From positions 1 to 34,184 of the forward strand of contig CAZPTH010000003.1 of NCBI GenBank assembly GCA_964589315.1: 34,184 nt of DNA, given 5' to 3'. The notes beneath the pieces are model-generated. The model did not search any database. It had not been told where the DNA came from and was given only the letters and a program-made list of their open reading frames with translations. The stretch comes from an uncultured Thermodesulfobacteriota bacterium. GTDB taxonomy: Bacteria > Desulfobacterota > S145-22. Below, piece after piece: positions 1 to 8,738 of this stretch; positions within the stretch are counted from its first letter, which is position 1; every line of letters begins with the position of its first letter. The translations under genes were made by a program, and so were the position numbers.

Positions 1-521
1 CCGGTGGGGGTCGTTTGCGGTTGGGCTTCACCGGGGGCGTTGGGCGCGGGGTTGGTTTTCTCCCCCTTCGGGGGGGGGGGCGGGCAGACCGATTGTCTCC
101 CCTTCCTGAGGCTTACCACGACCTGGGGAGGGGATCGCCGCTGGTATCTCACGAATTCGATATTCGGGTCTTTGAGATTGATGACTACCCTCATCCCCCG
201 GTTATATCTCAGGAGGCGGATATCCTTAACGATGCTGTTTTTCTTTACGGTGATAACCTTCTTGGAAAGACCATTATACGTGCCGCGAAACAGGAGGGTG
301 AGTTTCTTTCCCCTCTGGTAATTTCCCAGCTTTTCCGGAAAATTCTTTTTGAACAGGAAACGGATACGCACAAACTTTGAGACATCTTTAATCTGTATAT
401 TTTTCAGGATGACACGGGGCGTGGCCCACGACGTTGACGTGGCCATTACAAGAAAGAAAAGGGTCACGCATGCCATGTACAAACTGCGCAGGGGAAAATG
501 ATTCTTTCGGAAAGGGGTCAT
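1..521 (-). CDS. Exported protein, N-terminal part only (signal peptide + AMIN-like beta domain + Pro-rich linker); runs off the window edge
   Basis: Not in the ORF track. Translated by hand from ATG at 521: MTPFRKNHFPLRSLYMACVTLFFLVMATSTSWA|TPRVILKNIQIKDVSKFVRIRFLF...VKDIRLLRYNRGMRVVINLK...SPPQVVVSL...CPPPPPKGE, open to position 1. Sec-type signal ending SWA; the 'RVVINL...PPQVVV' pattern resembles AMIN domains. Confidence 0.7.
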   Translation of the reverse strand, partial: MTPFRKNHFPLRSLYMACVTLFFLVMATSTSWATPRVILKNIQIKDVSKFVRIRFLFKKNFPEKLGNYQRGKKLTLLFRGTYNGLSKKVITVKKNSIVKDIRLLRYNRGMRVVINLKDPNIEFVRYQRRSPPQVVVSLRKGRQSVCPPPPPKGEKTNPAPNAPGEAQPQTTPT

Positions 522-659
522 TGGCCTGAAGGAAAGGTGTGGGATAGGAATTCCCATGCCACACCCAGATTGTGAGAACGGGAAGGAGAATCGCAATAAT
601 CGGGTTTTTTCATCTTCACCACGGGAGATGTTCACAAGGTTGCATTTTCTCTCAATTCA

Positions 660-820
660 TCCGCCTTCGCAGCAGCCCCCGCATTTACGCGGGGATAAAT
701 GTGTGCGTCAGCCGCTTCGGCGTGATATTGCCCCTCACACCAGGCGTAAGGTCACACCCTGACCTTTGGCGGTGACGGGTCATTCACAAGGGCCCGCGGT
801 CTTTTCCCGTGGAACCCCAC
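660..820 (-). ncRNA. Candidate structured leader or small RNA, family not recognised
   Basis: Begins right after the promoter; hairpins GUGG-GGUU-CCAC, AAGGUCA-GGGUG-UGACCUU, CCCCGCG-UAAA-UGCGGGG; no credible ORF in the region. Confidence 0.35.
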
Positions 821-827
821 ATAACGC

Positions 828-855
828 ATGTTAAACAAAAGAAATTTTTTGTCAA
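828..855 (-). promoter_or_regulatory. sigma70-type promoter for the leader/exported-protein transcript
   Basis: Minus strand TTGACA (855-850), 16 nt, TAACAT (833-828); predicted start near 820. Confidence 0.55.
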
Positions 856-879
856 TACGCAAGGAGGGCTTTCCCTGTT

Positions 880-1539
880 TTATCGACACTTTTTAACCCC
901 GATCCTCGGGCACAGGTGTGAAATGGGACATTCGCTGCACCGGGGGGAAATGGGGCCGCAGAGATTCTGACCGAACGTTACAAGCAGGTCGTTATATTCA
1001 ATCCAGAATTCCCGGGGCAGGATCTCTCTGAGGGCCATCTCTGTTTTATCCGGCGTCCCGGTTTTGACCAGTCCCAGGCGGTTGGAGATCCTGTGCACGT
1101 GGGTATCGACGCAGATACCCAGCTTTCCGAAGCCCTGGGTGATAACGAGATTGGCGGTCTTCCTCCCCACGCCTTTCAGCTTTAATAGCTCGTCCAGGGA
1201 ATCGGGGACCTTCCCGTCGTATTCCCGAAGCAGGATTTCGCAGATGTCGTGGATCCGTATCGCCTTGGTCTTGTAGAATCCCGCCGGGTAAATGGCCTTT
1301 TCAATGGCCTGGACGGGGAGCCGAACCATTTTCTCCGGGGTGTCGGCCATGGCGAGGAGACGCTGGGACGCGGCGCGGGTCACATCGTCTTTCGTCCGGA
1401 GGCTTATAAGCGTGGCAATCAGGATGGCAAAAGGGGAACGACGTTCACGGGCCACCTCCGTCACGATGGGTTCCTGAAAGCGCCTGTTGAAGCCCCGTAA
1501 GGTGACGATGATTTCCCTGATCTCGTCGTTGCCCATCAT
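880..1539 (-). CDS. nth: Endonuclease III (HhH-GPD DNA glycosylase/AP lyase)
   Basis: HhH motif LKGVGRKTAN, VDTHV, C-terminal 4Fe-4S motif C-x6-C-x2-C-x5-C. Confidence 0.93.
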   Translation of the reverse strand: MMGNDEIREIIVTLRGFNRRFQEPIVTEVARERRSPFAILIATLISLRTKDDVTRAASQRLLAMADTPEKMVRLPVQAIEKAIYPAGFYKTKAIRIHDICEILLREYDGKVPDSLDELLKLKGVGRKTANLVITQGFGKLGICVDTHVHRISNRLGLVKTGTPDKTEMALREILPREFWIEYNDLLVTFGQNLCGPISPRCSECPISHLCPRIGVKKCR

Positions 1540-1796
1540 GCCTCCCCTATATCCCGGGCCTGGTTTTTCACTGCCAGATGCATGGCAATTTCAGGGATGC
1601 GCGGGTCTCCCCCAAGCTTATCTGAAATCTCTTTCAGCGAGAGCCCCTCGGACTTCAATTGCCGGACCTGGGCCACGAGGCGGGATGGATACCTGGACAG
1701 GAAATCCGAGGCTTCCCTGTCGATGGCCCGTGACGCGCGGAGCCGGGCCTCCCGGGTCGGGAAGAATCGTGCAATGGTCTCCTTCTTTTCTCCCAT
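1536..1796 (-). CDS. Hypothetical 86-aa protein, possible HTH-like segment
   Basis: Abuts the gph stop and overlaps the nth start (ATGA), consistent with translational coupling; contains GLSLKEISDKLG. Confidence 0.65.
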   Translation of the reverse strand: MGEKKETIARFFPTREARLRASRAIDREASDFLSRYPSRLVAQVRQLKSEGLSLKEISDKLGGDPRIPEIAMHLAVKNQARDIGEA

Positions 1797-2450
1797 TTAC
1801 GGTTCCTCGAAGAGATTTGGTAACTCATTCATTCTGTGGATGATAATATCCGGTCCATAGGGGGCAAGGGCCCTTTCCTTCTCCACGGTATCCGCAATCA
1901 GGCAGCTTGGACATCCCACGGCCTTCGCGACCAGGATATCGTTTTTCCCGTCCCCTATCATGAGGGTCTCGTTCCTGGAGGCGCTTAACCTTTCCATGAT
2001 CCCCTGGAGGACGGCAGGGTCCGGTTTGGGAACCTGTCCGTCCCTTTCCCCGACGATTTCCGAGAAGAGGTTGGCAACCCCGAGCCCTTCGAGGATCTTG
2101 ACGGCGTAAGGTTCCGACTTGTTGGTCAGAACCGCCAGTTGACTGACCTCCCTGAGGGCCCTGAGGGTTTCCAGAACCCCCGGAAGGAGGGTCGTGTTGT
2201 CCAGGAAGTGTTCCCGATAGTGTTCCGCGAAGAGGGCCTTCGCCTCCGGGAACGCCGCTTCATGATCGGGGCCGAGGCATCGCCGAATCAGGGCATCGAT
2301 TCCGTCTCCCACGTAAGAGATAATAGTTTCATTGGGAAGGGTGGGTAACCCAAGGCCCTTCAAGGCGGCATTGGCCGCGTTGGCGAGGTCGGATCGGCTG
2401 TCCACCAGGGTGCCGTCCAGGTCGAAGACAAAGAGGGAGGGACGTTTCAT
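1797..2450 (-). CDS. gph: HAD-family phosphoglycolate phosphatase
   Basis: FDLDGTLVDS motif I, LTNK, KPDP, MIGDGKND. Confidence 0.85.
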   Translation of the reverse strand: MKRPSLFVFDLDGTLVDSRSDLANAANAALKGLGLPTLPNETIISYVGDGIDALIRRCLGPDHEAAFPEAKALFAEHYREHFLDNTTLLPGVLETLRALREVSQLAVLTNKSEPYAVKILEGLGVANLFSEIVGERDGQVPKPDPAVLQGIMERLSASRNETLMIGDGKNDILVAKAVGCPSCLIADTVEKERALAPYGPDIIIHRMNELPNLFEEP

Positions 2451-5400
2451 GAAGGGATGTCTCCCAGGGAGACACCGATAATCTTTGAAATGCCCGGTTG
2501 TTCCATGGTTACCCCCAGCAGGGACTGGGCGCAGGCCATGGTTCGTTTATTGTGGGTGATGAGGATGAACTGGGAAAGCTCCGAGAGTTCCTTGACCAGC
2601 TCGTTGAATCGGTCGATGTTGTTCTCGTCCAGGGGGGCGTCTACCTCGTCCAGGACACAGAAGGGGCTGGGGCGTGTCATGAAGAGGGCAAAGAGGAAGG
2701 CAATCGAAACCAGGGCCTTTTCTCCTCCCGACAAGAGGCGGATCGCCTGAAGCCGCTTTCCGGGGGGTTGCGCGAAGATTTCGACGCCGGTTTCCTGGTA
2801 GTTGTGGGGATCCGTGAGCCGGATCTCGGCCCGTCCGCCCCCAAACAGCTTGACAAAGAGGTCGGAGAAGTATTCCTGGATCTTTTCGTAGGTCTCCTTA
2901 AAACGCGTGGCGGTGGTCCGGTTGATGCGCTGGATGGTTTCCGTCAGGGTCTGGATCGCCTCCAGGAGATCGGAACGTTGTTGTTCGAGGAAGTCGATCC
3001 GTTCCTTCAGGTCGTCGAATTCCTGGACAGCGACGAAGTTGATTTCGCCCATCTGCCTCATTTTCTCTTCCAGGTCTGCGATTTCGGCGTCGTCAACAAA
3101 TTCCACCTCTTCCGTTTCAGGCTCCGGGAGGGTCTCTGAAGTCAGATCCACGTTGTGATGAATTCTGACATCCTGAACGAGGGTGTCAATTTCCATCTCC
3201 ACCTGGGAAATCTCCAGTTTCTTTTCAGAAACGTGTTCTTTCATCTCCTGGAATTCCTTGAGGAGCGCCGACTTCTTCCCTTCCAGCTCAAGAATGGCCT
3301 CTTTTTCCCGACGAAGGTGGAGTTCCTTTTCCGTGATCTCCTTTTGAAGCTCCTCCAGCTGGGCCTCGGCAGACTTGATTTTTTCTCTGAGCGCTGTAAT
3401 GTTCCGGCCCATCTCTTCAAGCCTTTCGGAAATTTCCCGGGCCCGCTGCTGCTTCAGTTCCATTTCCCTTTTCAGGGTCTCGATCTCTTCTTTGAGGAGG
3501 GGACGTTTCTGAAGGAGACCCTCCAGCTTTTCCCTCCCCCTTGCCTCTTCGATCTTCAACTGGTTGACGGCCTGGGCCTTTTCCTCGACCTGTGACTTGA
3601 GGGCCTGGATCTCTTCCTCGAACCTGTGGGTTTTCTTTCTCAGCTCCTCCTGACGCTGCCGATTCTGTTCATAGATCTTCTCTGTTTCCCTGAGCTCAGC
3701 CTCCGCCGTTTCGAGGGTCTTCTTCAGTTCCTCGATCTCCATCTTGAGGATTTCCAGTTGCTTGCCCACCCTTTCGCGATCCCTCCGGGCGCCTTCCATA
3801 TCCCGCTTATGTCCCAAAAGGGCCATTTCCAGGTTTCTGACCTGGACGGCAGTCTCTTCGAGACGGGTGCGAAGGGCCAGGGTTTCCGCGTGGACGTCCC
3901 CCACTTCCCCGGCCACCTTATCCCTCTCCCGTTCCAGGGCCTTGATGCCTTTTTTGAGCTCGCCGATCTTTCTCTTCCGGGCGATTCTCCCCCCTGTTCC
4001 GGGTTCTTCACTTCCCCCCACGATGACCCCGTTGGGGTAGAAGACATCGCCGTCCAGGGTAACCAGAACACCGGAAAAACCATTTCGCTTGTGAATCTCG
4101 ATGGCCCGGTGGGGATTGTCCACGACCCAGACATCCTTCAGCAGGCAGGAAAGGACATCCCGTTCTTCCTCGGGGGCCTGGACGAATTCCAAAAGCGGGG
4201 TGGCATCCCGGTGCGGGCTTTTTGGGGGGTCCGCGCAGGAGGCCAGGTTTTCCCTCGGGATCAGGCCGCTGCGGCCCGCGTTTTTCTCCTTCAGGAACGA
4301 GAGGCTTTCCAGGGCCGTTTCGTGGTTGTCCACCAGGATAAATTCCAGCTCGTCCCGGAGAATGGCCTCGAGGGCCCGGTCATAACGGGGATTGATCTCG
4401 ATCGTATCCGCCACGAGTTTACAGGGGGAGGTCTCCGTGTCGCGCCGGGAGAAAAACTGTCCAAGCAGGACCTTGGCCCCCTTTGAGGAGACATCTTCCA
4501 GTCGCGACTGGATCTCCTCCAGGGAGGTGAGGCTCGATGTGTCCTCGGACAACCGTTTCTCTATCTCCCGCAGGCGGGCGTTCAGGGTCTCTTCCCTCTT
4601 CTCCGCCTCCCGGAGGGCGGTTTCGAGCCGTCCCTTTTCTTCCTGTTTTTCTTCCAGGTCTCCGTTCAACCGGTCGATGGTGGTTTGCAGCCTGACTTCT
4701 TCCCCTTTCCAGGTCTTAAACCGTTCAAGGGCCTCCGTGAGTTCCCTTTCGCGCGCCTCGATGCCCCTTTTGGTTTCCTGAATCCTTTCTGTCAGCCGGA
4801 CGGCCCTGTTTTTCGCATCAACCTCGGCCGTCATGGCTTCGAATACGTCCTGCTTGTGAGCCTCGAAGGCGGTTTCCGCCTCGGTAAGGCGATGCTTCTC
4901 GCCTTCGTAGACCCCGGTTCTTTCCGCCAGGAGCCGGGCCTTTTCAGCGACTTCTGCCTCGAGGGTCTTGATTTCATCTTCCAGCGTGGCCTCCTGGGCC
5001 TGGAGGGATTTCCGCCGCCGGGCCATCTCTCCGGCTGTTTCAGAGATCCCCTTCAGGGCCTCCTCAAGGCGCCCCTGCTGCTCCTGAAGGGAAAACAGGG
5101 TCTGCTGGTCTTTTCCCAGCATGTCCCGGTGTTGTCCATAGGTCTCGTTCAGGGCGCGCAGGGCCTCTTCCCGCTCAAGGAGCCTTGTCTGGGCGTCGCT
5201 GACCCTGGCCTCCATCCCTTCCCACGCCGCCTGCTTTGCGTTGGCCTGTTGGATCAGGGTTTCGAGGGCCGTGAGCAGGCTTTCCTGCCGATCTCTGAGT
5301 TCACTGAATCGGTTGGCGGCCCGGTAGACCTTCAGGGTGTCGAGCCGGGCCTTAAGCCTCTGATATCTGCGTGCCTTCGCGGCCTGACGTTTCAGCCGGT

Positions 5401-6016
5401 TGGCCTGGCGGTTGACCTCGTAGAGGACGTCTTCGACCCTCGAGAGGTTCTGTTTTGTGGCCTCCATTTTTCGAATGGAGATTTCCCGACGCTCTTTATA
5501 CTTGGAGATCCCCGCCGATTCGTCCAGGAAAAGGCGCCGTTCCTCGGGTTTGGCGTTGATGATGGCGTCCACCTTCCCCTGTTCGATGATGGCGTAGGAG
5601 TTGCTGCCAAGACCTGTCCCAAGGAAGAATTCGGTGATATCCCGCAGGCGGCAGCGGCGCTTGTTGAGCCAGAACTCGCTGTCCCCTGTCCGGTAGACTA
5701 CGCGGCGAATCTCGATCTCGGGAAGTTCCCGGTAAGGTTCGCAGGCGAGACCCTTTGAATTGTCGATGAGGAGGCGGACCTCCGCCCGTCCCAGGGGGGC
5801 GAGACCCTCCGCGCCGGAAAAGATAACATCCTCCATGGAACGGCTTCGAAGGAGTTTTGGGCTGGTGGCGCCCATCACCCACATGAGGGCGTCCAGGATG
5901 TTGCTCTTTCCGCACCCGTTGGGCCCCACGATGGCCGTAATCCCCTCGGGGAACTCAATGGCCGTTTCGTATGGGAAGGATTTAAAGCCGATCAGTTCAA
6001 GGCGTCGGATTCTCAT
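2447..6016 (-). CDS. smc: Chromosome segregation protein SMC
   Basis: GFKSF, Walker A GPNGCGKSN, coiled coils around a hinge, LSGGE signature, LDEVDAPLD; 1189 aa. Confidence 0.97.
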   Translation of the reverse strand: MRIRRLELIGFKSFPYETAIEFPEGITAIVGPNGCGKSNILDALMWVMGATSPKLLRSRSMEDVIFSGAEGLAPLGRAEVRLLIDNSKGLACEPYRELPEIEIRRVVYRTGDSEFWLNKRRCRLRDITEFFLGTGLGSNSYAIIEQGKVDAIINAKPEERRLFLDESAGISKYKERREISIRKMEATKQNLSRVEDVLYEVNRQANRLKRQAAKARRYQRLKARLDTLKVYRAANRFSELRDRQESLLTALETLIQQANAKQAAWEGMEARVSDAQTRLLEREEALRALNETYGQHRDMLGKDQQTLFSLQEQQGRLEEALKGISETAGEMARRRKSLQAQEATLEDEIKTLEAEVAEKARLLAERTGVYEGEKHRLTEAETAFEAHKQDVFEAMTAEVDAKNRAVRLTERIQETKRGIEARERELTEALERFKTWKGEEVRLQTTIDRLNGDLEEKQEEKGRLETALREAEKREETLNARLREIEKRLSEDTSSLTSLEEIQSRLEDVSSKGAKVLLGQFFSRRDTETSPCKLVADTIEINPRYDRALEAILRDELEFILVDNHETALESLSFLKEKNAGRSGLIPRENLASCADPPKSPHRDATPLLEFVQAPEEERDVLSCLLKDVWVVDNPHRAIEIHKRNGFSGVLVTLDGDVFYPNGVIVGGSEEPGTGGRIARKRKIGELKKGIKALERERDKVAGEVGDVHAETLALRTRLEETAVQVRNLEMALLGHKRDMEGARRDRERVGKQLEILKMEIEELKKTLETAEAELRETEKIYEQNRQRQEELRKKTHRFEEEIQALKSQVEEKAQAVNQLKIEEARGREKLEGLLQKRPLLKEEIETLKREMELKQQRAREISERLEEMGRNITALREKIKSAEAQLEELQKEITEKELHLRREKEAILELEGKKSALLKEFQEMKEHVSEKKLEISQVEMEIDTLVQDVRIHHNVDLTSETLPEPETEEVEFVDDAEIADLEEKMRQMGEINFVAVQEFDDLKERIDFLEQQRSDLLEAIQTLTETIQRINRTTATRFKETYEKIQEYFSDLFVKLFGGGRAEIRLTDPHNYQETGVEIFAQPPGKRLQAIRLLSGGEKALVSIAFLFALFMTRPSPFCVLDEVDAPLDENNIDRFNELVKELSELSQFILITHNKRTMACAQSLLGVTMEQPGISKIIGVSLGDIPS

Positions 6017-6062
6017 GGTGGATCTATAGCCGGGAATCTTTCTTGTTCAAGGTATCTGTTCC

Positions 6063-7499
6063 CTACGTTGTTTGGGACGCCGCCCTTTCGGCAAGGAATT
6101 CCATGGCGTCCTGAAGGCGCGCGAGGGTTTTTTCTTTTCCAAGGACCTCCATGACCTCGAAGAGCCCGGGGCTGACCGTCTTTCCCGTCAGGGCGACCCT
6201 CACGGGCTGGGCGATCTTTCCCAGCTTGATCTGGTTTTCTTCCGTGACCTTTTTGAAACACGCTTCCACGCTGGGTTCATCGAAGGTTTCCAGGTGTCTC
6301 AGGCACTCGGTGAGCTGCGTAAAGTAGGGAATCATGGCGGGTTTGAGGAACTTCCTGGCGGCCTTTTCCTCGTATTCTATCCGGTCCGTGAAGTAGAAAC
6401 GCATTCCTTCCGCCATCTCTTTCAGGGTTCGGCTCCGTTCCTTGAGGGTCTTGATGGCCATGACCAGTTTTTCCCGCGGTGGGGCCAGATTTTCACTTTC
6501 GAGAAAGGACTTGAGGGCCTCGGCCAGGGCCTCTTCAGAGGACGAGCGGATGTAATGGCCGTTGAGCCAGAGGAGCTTCTCCTGGTTGAAGACGCCGGCG
6601 GATTTTCCGATACCTTCCAGGGTGAACAGGTCGATCAGCTCCTCCATGGAGAAGATCTCCTTGTCTCCGTGGGACCAGCCAAGTCGGACCAGGTAGTTGG
6701 TCAGGGCCTGGGGAAGATAGCCATCTTCGCGGTAGGCGAGGACGGAAACGGCCCCGTGACGTTTGCTGAGACGTTTGTGATCCTGCCCAAGGATCATGGG
6801 CACGTGCGCGAAGCGGGGAAGGGGGTACCCGAGGGCCTGGTAGATGAGGATCTGGCGGGGGGTATTGTTCAGGTGGTCGTCCCCGCGGATGACATGGGTG
6901 ATACCCATGGTGGCGTCGTCCACGACCACGGCAAAGTTATAGGTAGGGATGCCGTCCTGCCGCATGATGATGAGGTCGTCCAGTTCCCTGACGTCGAATT
7001 GTACCGTTCCCTTGACGAGATCCTCCACGACGACGGTTCCCTCCTCGGGACACTTGAACCTGAGGACAAAGGGCTCCCCCTCCGGGAAGTCTGTCCGGTT
7101 CCGGCACGTCCCGTCGTACTTCGGTTTCCGTCCCTCTTTCAGGGCCTTCTTTCTCTTTTCCTCCAGCTCTTCCGGGGTGCAGTAGCAGCGGTAGGCCCAG
7201 CCGGTATCGAGAAGCTTCTGGGCCGCCTCCCGGTAGAGGTCCATGCGTTCGGTCTGGTAGTAGGGGCCCTCGTCCCAGTCGAGCCCGAGCCAGGTCATGG
7301 CCTCCAGGATGGCCTGAATGGAGGCCTCCGTCGAACGGGCCCTGTCGGTGTCCTCGATCCTGAGGATGAAGGTTCCCCCGGTATGACGGGCGTACAGCCA
7401 GTTGAAGAGGGCGGTTCTCGCCCCGCCGATATGGAGGTAGCCGGTCGGGCTCGGGGCGAATCGTGTAATGACTTTTTCGGTGGTTCCTTTATTTTTCAT
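6063..7499 (-). CDS. gltX: Glutamate--tRNA ligase
   Basis: [14 protein letters not shown] (HIGH motif), RIEDTD, RLSKR (KMSKS equivalent). Confidence 0.97.
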   Translation of the reverse strand: MKNKGTTEKVITRFAPSPTGYLHIGGARTALFNWLYARHTGGTFILRIEDTDRARSTEASIQAILEAMTWLGLDWDEGPYYQTERMDLYREAAQKLLDTGWAYRCYCTPEELEEKRKKALKEGRKPKYDGTCRNRTDFPEGEPFVLRFKCPEEGTVVVEDLVKGTVQFDVRELDDLIIMRQDGIPTYNFAVVVDDATMGITHVIRGDDHLNNTPRQILIYQALGYPLPRFAHVPMILGQDHKRLSKRHGAVSVLAYREDGYLPQALTNYLVRLGWSHGDKEIFSMEELIDLFTLEGIGKSAGVFNQEKLLWLNGHYIRSSSEEALAEALKSFLESENLAPPREKLVMAIKTLKERSRTLKEMAEGMRFYFTDRIEYEEKAARKFLKPAMIPYFTQLTECLRHLETFDEPSVEACFKKVTEENQIKLGKIAQPVRVALTGKTVSPGLFEVMEVLGKEKTLARLQDAMEFLAERAASQTT

Positions 7500-7514
7500 T
7501 CAATTCCTTTTCGT

Positions 7515-8054
7515 TCAATGGCGTTCCGGTGCCCGGATGAGCTCCACCTGGCCTGACAGGCCCTCCCAGGTAACATTGACATCATCTTCGTATCTGGTTT
7601 CCAAAGTAATTCCCCGGAAATCGGGCTGAATGGGGAGTTCCCGGTGGCCACGATCTACCAGGACGGCCAGGCGGATCTTTTTGGGGCGTCCCAGGCAAAA
7701 GAGGGCGTCCATGGCCGCACGGGCGCTTCTCCCCGTGTAGATCACGTCATCCACCAGGAGAATGGTGGCGTCTTCCACCGAGACGGGCAGGTCCATGGGA
7801 AGGAGGCCCTTGCCGGGCAGGAGCCTGTGGATATCGTCCCGGTAAAGGGTGGTGTCAACGGAACCCAGGTGAATGGCCTGGCTTCCGAAACGGTCGAGAA
7901 GGGCCTTCAGGCGCTGGGCGACGTTGAGTCCCCCGCTCTGGATTCCCACGATGATAAACGACGGCTCCTTGCGGAATTCCGCGTGAATATTCCTGCCCAT
8001 GGTTTCGAGAACCTCGTCGACCTGCTCAGGCCTGTAAAGGACTTCCGTTGCCAT
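7515..8054 (-). CDS. pyrR: PyrR-like phosphoribosyltransferase
   Basis: TLYRDD, LVDDVIYTGRSARAAMDAL, LVDRGHRELPI. Start moved to the ATG at 8054, which overlaps the lepB stop (TGATG). Confidence 0.88.
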   Translation of the reverse strand: MATEVLYRPEQVDEVLETMGRNIHAEFRKEPSFIIVGIQSGGLNVAQRLKALLDRFGSQAIHLGSVDTTLYRDDIHRLLPGKGLLPMDLPVSVEDATILLVDDVIYTGRSARAAMDALFCLGRPKKIRLAVLVDRGHRELPIQPDFRGITLETRYEDDVNVTWEGLSGQVELIRAPERH

Positions 8055-8737
8055 CAGTGAATGACCTTTCCGATGCGGTTCCATCGAATCTTGTGGGCGA
8101 GATCCGGGGCGAGGTAGTCCCAGGACCAGTAGAGAATCAGGGCCTTTCCCTCGATGAAGCGCTTGTCGACGAATCCCCAGAAACGACTGTCATAGCTGTG
8201 GTTTCGGTTGTCTCCCATCATGAAATAGGCATTGGACGGGACCTTTACGGGCCCAAAATGTGCCTGAATTTCACCTATCTTGCCCCCCGTCTGCCCGCGA
8301 TAGACCCCCCACGGGTCCCTGATGGGCTTTCCGTTCACGAGGATCTTTTTTCCGATGACCTCGATGGTCTCTCCCGGAAGGCCGATGACCCGTTTGATAA
8401 AGTCCTTGCTGTGATCTTCGGGGAAAACGAAGACCACCACGTCTCCCCTTTTGGGCGATGAGATGGGAATCAGGGTTGTTCCGCCTCCGGGCAAGTAGAT
8501 TCCGAAGACTCGATACGGGATGCGAATCCCGTAGGTAAACTTGCTGACCAGGAGGTGATCCCCGACCAGGAGGGTCGGTTCCATCGATCCCGACGGGATC
8601 TTGAAGGCCTGGATCACGAAGGTGCGCACCACCATGGCGATAATGAAGGCAATGAGGATCGATTCGCCATATTCCCTGAACCAGGATTTTTCCTTCGTAC
8701 CTCGCCGCCGTTTTGAGGCAAATATCATTTTGGCCAT
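8054..8737 (-). CDS. lepB: Signal peptidase I
   Basis: SGSMEPTL (catalytic Ser), DFIKRVIG (Lys), GDNRNHSYDSR; N-terminal TM helix; follows lepA. Confidence 0.95.
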   Translation of the reverse strand: MAKMIFASKRRRGTKEKSWFREYGESILIAFIIAMVVRTFVIQAFKIPSGSMEPTLLVGDHLLVSKFTYGIRIPYRVFGIYLPGGGTTLIPISSPKRGDVVVFVFPEDHSKDFIKRVIGLPGETIEVIGKKILVNGKPIRDPWGVYRGQTGGKIGEIQAHFGPVKVPSNAYFMMGDNRNHSYDSRFWGFVDKRFIEGKALILYWSWDYLAPDLAHKIRWNRIGKVIH

Positions 8738-8738
8738 T

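Noticed and set aside
4-380. Plus-strand ORFs 4-321 and 15-380
   Set aside because: Antisense shadows of the minus-strand exported protein starting at 521, which has a signal peptide and coherent domain pattern.
546-561. sigma54-like TGGCATG-GGAA-TTCCT on the minus strand upstream of the exported protein
   Set aside because: The -12 element is TTCC rather than TTGC; too weak to call.
2447-6016. SMC as a Wadjet/MksB-type defence ATPase
   Set aside because: Canonical full-length hinge-containing SMC in a housekeeping context with no jet/mks partner genes.
6072-7556. 494-aa plus-strand ORF
   Set aside because: Antisense to gltX with no motifs; typical stop-poor shadow frame in GC-rich DNA.
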